From Nitrospirota bacterium (GTDB lineage: Bacteria; Nitrospirota; UBA9217), in assembly GCA_963663225.1 (NCBI GenBank), contig OY760142.1, forward strand, positions 3,104,001-3,168,000: a DNA stretch of 64,000 nucleotides, given 5' to 3'. The notes beneath the pieces are model-generated. The model was not told where the DNA came from. It did not search any database and saw only the letters and a list, made by a program, of their open reading frames with translations. Both the position numbers and the translations under genes were made by a program. Positions 30,829-39,400 of the stretch are shown one piece after another. The number at the start of each line of letters is the position of its first letter. Positions within the stretch are counted from its first letter, which is position 1.

Positions 30829-32747
30829 TGAGTTATCAGCGCCCTAGCGGTACGACGAGATTTGCATTACGATCTGCAGCTAAATTGGCACTTCCGAGCG
30901 CATGGATAGATGAAGAGCTTAACAGCATATATACGACGCTTAACTCCATGACGCTCTCGGTGAATTCAAGCGAATGGCCGTTGTTCAACGCTACTGCGAC
31001 ATACATAGACGCAAGCAATTTTTCCTGTTCTGGCGATCAGACGGGGATATTCAACGTAAAGCGACGGATCAAAGCCAACCTTTCCGGCACTTATGTTTAC
31101 AGCAAGATATCTACGGCCACTTATAATAGCGGGACCGGGATTACTACCGTCACGCTTGCCGATGCCGTTCTTACCAGTTCCCTTTCTCAAATTTTCTATA
31201 GCATCTTTGATTCTGTGAATAATTCTGTAAGTGCGGAGCTTATTGCTTGCGATGCCGTAGGAGAATTAATATCAACAGAGGTACAAGCCGCCATAGCCGA
31301 AATAGAAGCAAAAAAATTAAAAGAAACCGACATTCTTGGCGATTTTGTAATTTCAGGACTTTTGGGAACGGCCCCGTCAAACAGCCTGTCAATGACGACC
31401 CCAGCAGGAAAAATTTGGCAGAGTGGAGTAAGGATTTCATCCGCAGGATTCACACAGACCTATACGGCTTCACGGGATACCTACGATTCAATAAACAACA
31501 CCGGTGTAATTACCCATACCGAGGTTGCAAATGGCGCTGCAGCGCCAACATTGCCGGCAAATTCTCAATGGATACAGAAAGTAGTTACTGATGCAACAAA
31601 AATAATGACCGTAACAGATTTAAGGTCAATAGCATCAATGCTGCCGGCAGGAGAGATTTTATCTGACTGTGTTGTATCCGGACTGCTTGCCACCGCTCCG
31701 GCGTCTGGTTTCTCTATGACAACGCCAGGAGGAGTGTTTTGTATAAAAGGGAAAAGGACAGTTAAGGCCCCGAGTGATGCCGACCTGACTCACACCTATA
31801 CAGCGAGCAAAGACACATATGTTGATATAGACAGTTCGGGAAATATTGCCAATGTTGAAGTTTCAAATAATGATTATGCTGTAAATGGGCTTCTTTCTAG
31901 TGTTATAAACGCCGGCAGTCTTTTACAGTCAATCCCAGGTGGATCCGCCTGGGTAAAAGGGAAGTACGTTGTCTCCCCTCCCGTGCAGTATACCTATTCG
32001 GCCAATTCAGACACGTACGACAGTATCGACAATACGGGGACCATTACCCATACGGCGGTAAGCAATGGGGCCGCACAACCTTCCCTTCCGGCAAATTCTA
32101 TGTGGCTGCAAAAGGTAGTTACCAACGCAACCCAGGCTACAGCCTTTACCGATTTAAGAAACTTGACCACCAATGAGCCGGCCGTCACGATAAATTCAAT
32201 ACGAATTCAAAAGGTAGTGGCTGACTCATCAAAAATACAGTCCGTGATTGATTATCGAACGCTCAATAAGCCTATTTTGTCAAGGCCGGCGTATCGCGGG
32301 GCATTGGTACGCAGAACGACAAACCAAACTCTCACCGTTGGTGGATACACAACGGTTGATTGGGAAGCAGAGGTTAGAGATACCGATAATATTCACAACG
32401 CAAGCTTAAACACAACAAGACTTACTGTTCCAGCAGGAGCTTCTAAGGTAAGGCTTAGATTTAATGGTTATATTGCTCATGGCGGAACCCCGAACGGAAC
32501 GGCGGCAGCTTACCTATATAAAAATGGTGGAAGTAATTATGTTGGGGCTTGCTGCGATATTATTTACCCTTCGCAATACTCAGGGGCCATTTTTACCCCG
32601 CTTATAGTGTCACCTGTGCTTGACGTTATTCCTGGTGATTTTTTTGAAATAGTAGTTGTGGGAGCCTCCGGGTCTACTTCTGCAACTTTAAGAGGTGGAG
32701 GGGACGGGACGTATTCCGCTTTCTTTGAAATGGATATTGTTGAATGA
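30828..32747 (+). CDS. Tail fibre / receptor-binding protein with three internal repeats
   Basis: Ser/Thr-rich; three ~100-aa repeats ending in QKVV motifs; C1q-like C-terminus (TRLTVPAG...GDFFEI). Confidence 0.75.
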   Translation: MSYQRPSGTTRFALRSAAKLALPSAWIDEELNSIYTTLNSMTLSVNSSEWPLFNATATYIDASNFSCSGDQTGIFNVKRRIKANLSGTYVYSKISTATYNSGTGITTVTLADAVLTSSLSQIFYSIFDSVNNSVSAELIACDAVGELISTEVQAAIAEIEAKKLKETDILGDFVISGLLGTAPSNSLSMTTPAGKIWQSGVRISSAGFTQTYTASRDTYDSINNTGVITHTEVANGAAAPTLPANSQWIQKVVTDATKIMTVTDLRSIASMLPAGEILSDCVVSGLLATAPASGFSMTTPGGVFCIKGKRTVKAPSDADLTHTYTASKDTYVDIDSSGNIANVEVSNNDYAVNGLLSSVINAGSLLQSIPGGSAWVKGKYVVSPPVQYTYSANSDTYDSIDNTGTITHTAVSNGAAQPSLPANSMWLQKVVTNATQATAFTDLRNLTTNEPAVTINSIRIQKVVADSSKIQSVIDYRTLNKPILSRPAYRGALVRRTTNQTLTVGGYTTVDWEAEVRDTDNIHNASLNTTRLTVPAGASKVRLRFNGYIAHGGTPNGTAAAYLYKNGGSNYVGACCDIIYPSQYSGAIFTPLIVSPVLDVIPGDFFEIVVVGASGSTSATLRGGGDGTYSAFFEMDIVE

Positions 32748-32986
32748 AGTTGCTTTCCTTACTGTCTGGACCGCTCGACGCTCGGGACCGGGATATTTTA
32801 AATCAAGTCCTTCGAGCGCAATGGTGGATCAATCCCCTGCTGAACCCGGAATGCGGGAAGGTAGAGCCGGAGCCGAAATACGTGCGAATGGTGGCCTATG
32901 CGAACGGAACGGATTGGAACCCCGGGGGAAATGGCGTGGTGGGATATTACCGATGGACCGGGACGGCCTGGGTATATGTGGGGTGA
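32744..32986 (+). CDS. Small tail-associated protein
   Basis: YANGTDWNPG...YYRWTGTAW motif; coupled to the tail fibre gene. Confidence 0.65.
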   Translation: MKLLSLLSGPLDARDRDILNQVLRAQWWINPLLNPECGKVEPEPKYVRMVAYANGTDWNPGGNGVVGYYRWTGTAWVYVG

Positions 32987-32988
32987 AT

Positions 32989-33447
32989 ATGAGATTAATA
33001 CCTTACGAATATAAGCATAATGCCCGCCTCATGGAAATTTATAAAATAACCGAGCCGTGGGTTGAGTTTCACCGAGCAAAGTTTGACGCATGGTTTGCCG
33101 GCAGAGAAGGATTTGTATTGGTTTCAAGCTGCGGCAAGATAGTTGGGGCCATCACGTTCACAAATTATCAGCCGAATTCTGATATTACAATTCATTGCTC
33201 TGTTCTTCCTGAATACCAAAAACGGTGGCTGACAAAATCCATATACAAGCAGGTATTTGACGTACCGTTTGTAAAATTGGGGCTTGAACGCTGCAGCGGG
33301 TTTATTATCGACGGTTGCACTCCAAGAGGGTTTCACGAAAGACTTGGATTTAAATATGAAGGAACTTTAAGAAGGTCCATAAGGGTACAAGGCGAATACA
33401 GGGATGTTCACCTGTACGGCATGACCAAGGATGAAAGACGATGGTAA
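32989..33447 (+). CDS. GNAT (RimJ/RimL-like) acetyltransferase
   Basis: Likely start MRLIPY; VLPEYQKRW, RLGFKYEGTLR, DVHLYGM. Confidence 0.8.
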   Translation: MRLIPYEYKHNARLMEIYKITEPWVEFHRAKFDAWFAGREGFVLVSSCGKIVGAITFTNYQPNSDITIHCSVLPEYQKRWLTKSIYKQVFDVPFVKLGLERCSGFIIDGCTPRGFHERLGFKYEGTLRRSIRVQGEYRDVHLYGMTKDERRW

Positions 33448-34466
33448 AACGGGTTCTCTTCTGTTTCTATGCAATACCGCTGCATTATAACCACGGGGTA
33501 GCGCTCCTGTCTCGCCTGTGCAAAGACGCTGGCATAGAAGTGGATATTTATATGCCTGAGGACCTTTACCTATTTCAAGAAAAATTGAGAAGCAAAAAAT
33601 ACGACCTTGTTGGATTTTCTATTTCCATACTGAAAGACTTTAATCTGTGCAAGCCTTATATAGATTTGGCTTTGAGAAACGGCAATGAGGTTGCGCTTGG
33701 AGGCACGTTCTTTCGGCGCAACAATCCTAATGAGTATGATGGACGTTGTTTTATCTGTCGGGGAGAAGGTGAACTGTTGCCAGAATTTATTTTGCATGGT
33801 GATGAAACAATATTTAATACCCGTTTCGTAAACCCTGACATTGAGAGCCTACCCCTTCCAGATTTTGAAGCTCCTATGCGGTACGACGGTGACATACCGA
33901 GATTCAAGCCGAGAAAGATGGTGCCCTACTATGCCAGCCGCGGATGTATCGGTAAATGCAACTTCTGCGACGTACAGCATCAGACGGGGGTTGTGCGGAT
34001 CCGGCGTAAAGCCAAAGAGGATATGCAGAATATCGTTAATATCCATTCTCCGGAAATGATTTTTATAGGCGACGAAACGGCACCCTACTACGACGACGGA
34101 TGGCGTGAGTCCTGGGAAGATTTCAAATTCCCATTTTACGCCTACATTCGAGCCGACATACCGAAGGAAACTCTTTTATGGCTTATTGAACGCGGCATGG
34201 TTGGGTGCGCGTTCGGCGTTGAGAGCGGAGATGAGGCGTACCGAAATGATGTGCTTGGCAAAAACCTGTTTGATCGGGATATTTATAGAACCGCTGAAAT
34301 TCTTAGGCAACACAATCGTCACTTCGTCCATTTCTACATGACAGGGACAAGAGGGGAAACGAACGAATTGAAATACAAGACAATAAAATTTATGGAAAGC
34401 ATCGGGGGCTATCCTGTGCTTTTTGGATACACAGAGGTGAAACACGATTTAAGGAAGGGGGCATAA
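33441..34466 (+). CDS. B12-binding-domain-like radical SAM protein
   Basis: DLVGFS...ALGG...CRGEGE N-domain, SRGCIGKCNFC, FGVESG. Confidence 0.85.
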   Translation: MVKRVLFCFYAIPLHYNHGVALLSRLCKDAGIEVDIYMPEDLYLFQEKLRSKKYDLVGFSISILKDFNLCKPYIDLALRNGNEVALGGTFFRRNNPNEYDGRCFICRGEGELLPEFILHGDETIFNTRFVNPDIESLPLPDFEAPMRYDGDIPRFKPRKMVPYYASRGCIGKCNFCDVQHQTGVVRIRRKAKEDMQNIVNIHSPEMIFIGDETAPYYDDGWRESWEDFKFPFYAYIRADIPKETLLWLIERGMVGCAFGVESGDEAYRNDVLGKNLFDRDIYRTAEILRQHNRHFVHFYMTGTRGETNELKYKTIKFMESIGGYPVLFGYTEVKHDLRKGA

Positions 34467-34467
34467 A

Positions 34468-35568
34468 ATGTCTATTGCCATTATAGGCGCTGTTTGTGCG
34501 GTTGGATCTTTGGGACTTGGTATTTATAGCGCTGTCGCCGGCGGGGGTGGTTACAGTTTTGGCGGGACTTCTGTGCCGGCAAATATGATTACTTACGACG
34601 AGAACGGAAACGTATCTCAAGAAGTTATATGGAACGCATCAAAACAGGCGTACGAACAAAAGTCTTATCCTTATGGCAAGGCTCCCGACAAGCCGGCCGC
34701 CCCTACCGCTCCCGATCAGACGCAATATTATGCGAAGGACCAAGACGGAAATTATATACTCGATAAGAACGGGCAGGCTACAGTAGATCAGGCCACTTGG
34801 AATAACGCACAGGCACAGTACCAGATTGAATTAAAAAAATACAACGAAGAAACCCTTCCTCAATGGGAAAAGGATAATGCTACTTGGGTTAAAGCAAAAT
34901 CCGAGTACGAGGCCGACAAGGCTCTTACCGATGAAATTTTAAAAAATAAAAAAACATCTCTTAATATGAGTTGGGAGGAGCGTGTTTCTCATTACAACGA
35001 ATATGCAGATGATTTTGTAAAGCAGCAACACGCCATTCTTGATCCTCAGTTTGAGAAAGAGAAACAAACCGTTGCAGAATCAATGGCATCGCGAGGCATG
35101 ACCGGATCAAGGGCGGAGGTAGACACTAACGCTGAACTTGAAAAGGCAAAATCAAAATCAGACGAAGAGGTTTCCACAAATGCAAATATGTATAAATACG
35201 CCCTTGCGAATCAGGAATTGCAGGGAGATTTAAGTATATACAACGCTATAAAAGCCGGCCAAGGGGCTGATACTGCGCTTGCCCTACAGAAGCAGACCGC
35301 GGGAGTCCAGGGGGCAGTATTGGGCACACAAGCATCATTGGCAAGCACAACTGCCGCAAACAACGCATCTTATCAATCGTGGCTGTCAAATTACCTAGTG
35401 AACCAAAGCCGGTCTAAAAGCTTAACGGATACCGCCTCCGGCTTGGCGTACCTGTACGGATACGGGAAAAAGGCGGGATGGTGGAGCCCTGCGAATTCTG
35501 GTGGCGGGTCTGGTGTTTTAAGCAACTCTACTTCTGGTTATTTACCAGCAACGGCGGATATTGGATAA
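34468..35568 (+). CDS. Internal virion/ejection protein
   Basis: Hydrophobic Gly/Ala N-terminus, MASRGMTGS motif, helical Q/A-rich body. Confidence 0.65.
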   Translation: MSIAIIGAVCAVGSLGLGIYSAVAGGGGYSFGGTSVPANMITYDENGNVSQEVIWNASKQAYEQKSYPYGKAPDKPAAPTAPDQTQYYAKDQDGNYILDKNGQATVDQATWNNAQAQYQIELKKYNEETLPQWEKDNATWVKAKSEYEADKALTDEILKNKKTSLNMSWEERVSHYNEYADDFVKQQHAILDPQFEKEKQTVAESMASRGMTGSRAEVDTNAELEKAKSKSDEEVSTNANMYKYALANQELQGDLSIYNAIKAGQGADTALALQKQTAGVQGAVLGTQASLASTTAANNASYQSWLSNYLVNQSRSKSLTDTASGLAYLYGYGKKAGWWSPANSGGGSGVLSNSTSGYLPATADIG

Positions 35569-36415
35569 GGAGATAATCATGGCCTCTCTTGCAAGCATTT
35601 TTGCGAAACCGAACTCAGGCGTAAGCGATAGCGATGCAACAAACAGATTATTAAGCGCGAGGGCGGGAGTTACCAATACCACGATGAACATGATACCGCG
35701 TTCTGGTTTTGCCGCCCCTCTTGTGTCTGGACTGCTTGGGTATCAGACTGCGGGGCAAGAAATTGATGCTGAAGGGCAAAAGAAAATGACAGATTTCTTG
35801 TCTACGTTTCAAAAGCTCTCCAGGGTAAGCAAGCTGATGGCCGTGAAGTTTTTTAACGAGAACGGCCCCGAAGTAGGAATTGATGCACCGATAGATGGGG
35901 TTGAGTCACAGCCTGATATTACGTCGGCCCACTTTAAAGACGGCCACATTGTCGGACTTGGTATGGACGGAATTTATATGCCTGGACCGGATGGGAAATG
36001 GACACCTGCTACATCTGACTTTCTAGACCAGTTAAGACAAGATAATCTTACAAAAAAGAAGTCAAGCGGCGGGTCCGGAAGCACAGAAAAACGCACAACG
36101 GTATTAAATTCGTATACCAACATAAATCAAAAAATTATTTCAGCAACAAATAATATGGTTGGCCAGACGGCAACGCAAAAAGTACAGACTCAAGCCGTTA
36201 TTGATGACCTTGTTCGTCAAAAAAAGAATATGGAAAAATTGTACCCTTGGCTTGTCGATAAATCTGCCGCACCGACAGGAGAAGTCGCCCCCGCACCGCC
36301 CGCACCAGCGCCGGCAGCCAATAATAACGACACGCTCGGCAGCATACTGAAAAGATTACAGCCAAACTATACCCAAAGCCCCTTACAAGCTGACGATAAT
36401 GGACTGTATAAATGA
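35561..36415 (+). CDS. Internal virion/ejection protein
   Basis: Lies between ejection-type genes; start may be ATG at 35579. Confidence 0.55.
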   Translation: MDKEIIMASLASIFAKPNSGVSDSDATNRLLSARAGVTNTTMNMIPRSGFAAPLVSGLLGYQTAGQEIDAEGQKKMTDFLSTFQKLSRVSKLMAVKFFNENGPEVGIDAPIDGVESQPDITSAHFKDGHIVGLGMDGIYMPGPDGKWTPATSDFLDQLRQDNLTKKKSSGGSGSTEKRTTVLNSYTNINQKIISATNNMVGQTATQKVQTQAVIDDLVRQKKNMEKLYPWLVDKSAAPTGEVAPAPPAPAPAANNNDTLGSILKRLQPNYTQSPLQADDNGLYK

Positions 36416-39400
36416 GCGAATGGGACGACATTATTGCAGACAAGAGATTTATTGATCTGCCCGACGAGGACAAGCAGAAGGTTGCCGATATTTATTTTAA
36501 CGATAAGATTGTAACCGATAGACGTTGGAGTGAATTGGACCAGGCGACACAGGATCAGGTACGCACCGAATTTATGAAGTCTGTTTCCCCTGCCCCCATA
36601 CAGCAATCCGTTCCGGCTACAGTATCGTCCATGCCGTCCACGGCTTTGATTACGAAAGGCCCCGAGGATATATACTCCTCATTCGGTAGTGGCGTTAATA
36701 CGGCTGCGGCGACTATGGCCAAAGGCATGGATTCTATTGCGACGTATATAAGCGAGAAAACCGGATTACCAAAAGGCGGACTATTCGAAAAAGCAGCAAA
36801 GGAATATGAATCAAACGCCGCATATTGGAACCAGAAGATTAAGGAGAACGGTGTTGATGCGATCACGCAGATTGTAGGCAAAGCTGCCGGCGGAGCGGTC
36901 CCCGGTCTTGCAGATTTTGCGTTAGGACCAGCGTATTACGGCGTAAAGGGCGCGGCGGAAGCCGGAAATAAGGGTGAATCAGAAGCGTGGGGCGCTTTCA
37001 AAGGGGCGTCAGAGCGGTACATTACCGGCAGAGTTCTTGAAGCGCTGAATATGCTTAAAATGGCGTACCGTATCCCTGGTATGGGCGGACTTGGCGCCGC
37101 ACAAGCGACCGTAGAGGGCGGAGATGTGGCCGAAAGCGCCGGCACCATGGCGCTGTATGGCATCATGGGTCCGCGTGGGGGAATGGGCCCAAAAGACGTT
37201 GTGAGAGAGTTTAAATCTTCGATGGCAACGGGAGAGGGCACACCGGCCCCTATCCCTGAACCTCCCGCCGGTCCTCCTCCTACCGGCGGGGCTCCTAATG
37301 AAACCGCGCAGGGCGGCGAACGACGTACGAATCAAACGCTCCGCGATATGATATCAGATTATGAAACACGCGCAGTCGGCGGCGACAGAGAATCATTGCA
37401 GCATCTTATTGACTCCGGAGTTTGGGGCGATCCTCTTACCGGGCTCCTGAATAAAAACGGAATAGAAAAAATGAGGCCAGCCGTCGATGCGAAGCCGGAT
37501 AAATTTTATCTCGACCTCGACAACTTTAAGCAGATTAACGACAAGCTTACTCATGCCGGAGGCGATCAGATAATTTCCGAAGTCGGCAAAAAAATGCGCG
37601 AGATTTTTTCTGAGGACGATATTGCCGCACGGCATGGCGGGGATGAGTTTTCCGGAGGCGGGACAGCGCTTGCAGGAAAACTCGAACGATTGAGAAGTGA
37701 CCTTGAAAATGCTATAATTCAAATCAGAATACCAAAGGGCTCGGAGTTTCCTAAAGATAGCGGAAACATTCTGCAGAACGATCTTGTCCTTGAGCAGCCG
37801 GGTATAAGGTTGTCTTTTGGTGTTGGGAAAACGAATGAGGAGGCTTACAATGCGAACACCGCAAATAAAAGTGAAAGGCTTAAAGCTGGCCTCCGTACCG
37901 AACGCAACAAAGCGGCTTCCGACGTTGGGACAGCTGTCGAAGATATTACCAAAGGGATCCAAGTTCCTGGGGATCAAGTGGCCAGAGGCAGCCAAAGCGC
38001 CACAGCTACCGCAGATAGACCAGCAACAGCCGGAAGAATAGAATTACCTACCCCTGAGAAAATCACTCATAATCCGAACGCTGCAGACAATAAGTGGCCT
38101 TCTGGTAAATTTCGAGAACACGCCCCATTCTCCGAAGAGGACAAAGGTTGGCTTAACGATCTTCGCTCTCTCATCGCCGGTATTGAAGCGCCCGGCAAGC
38201 TTAACCCGAACGGAACAGTATCAACCTCTACCCTGCCCCCTCACCTGAGAAGCCTTGGACTGACCAAAGCCGATTATGACGTTGTGAATATGGCTTCTAA
38301 GGGCGAGCCTATTACCTGGAACCAGTACGTTAAAATTCAATCTTGGGTTGAAGAGCATAAAGTTGCGTTTGGCTTCCGGCCGGGTGAAGGATGGCCAAAG
38401 CCAGAGGATTTTTTTAAAGACGACTTTGTGACCGATGAAGAAGTGCCTTTTGAACGCGGGGCTCCCGGCGATTTTAAACTTACTCCGGACGAGCAAAAAC
38501 CACAAAAACAGAAGCCGCAACAGCAGGGCCTTAACCTTGGTATGAAGGGCGAAGATATGAGAGCGCCCAAAAAAGAGGGTCCGGGCGTTACGATGGATGA
38601 AACAGAGCTTGGCAAGGCCACGAACGCGGCCAAGGACCGCGAGGCGCAAGAGCGGCTATTTGACGCATCAAACTATGATCCGGCTGCAGTTCATTCCGAA
38701 ATGGAAATGCCGGAGATTGTGCAGCTGGTCAAAAAATTAACCGACCGATATCCTCAAGTCAACAAAGGCAAGATATCCGTGGCCATTGGGAAGGCCATAG
38801 GTTTTTTCGAGCCGTCAACCCGTCGCATTGTAATTTCGAATCACCTGTCAGAATTTGAAGGCTTGGCAGAGCGCGTCTTGGCGCATGAGCTTGGCCATGC
38901 CGTAGACTTCTCCGGCGCTCCGGGTAACGAAACAATGAGCCGCGGCAATATCCTTGGACGCATTGCATCACTCCGAAAGTATATGCAAGACCTTCTCGAA
39001 GAGCACCCTGGGGCAACCGAGGGCATACTTACTGATGCGGACCGAGCCCGGTTCGCGAAGGAAGCCGAGAGAATGGCAAAAGAGGAACAGGCTGGTCGGC
39101 AAGAAAGTGGCGGCACGGTCCCGCCCGAGGATATTCTTGCCATTTGGCGCGATGCGAGTGCGCGGGATAAAAACAAGGACCTGTACGACTATATTGCAAA
39201 GCTGTCCGCTGCGGAAAAGTCCAAAATCGTCAAGGACGCCATGAAGGGCATATCAAATATCACCCTGCGGGATCAGATTGCCGGCGGACATTACGAGCGC
39301 CTTGCACAGCGCGAGAAGGAAATATACCAAGACCTGCTCCGCCAGGAAATCATTAAACGGCGTCTGTATGAAAAAGAAACCATCATGGACGAGTTGAAAA

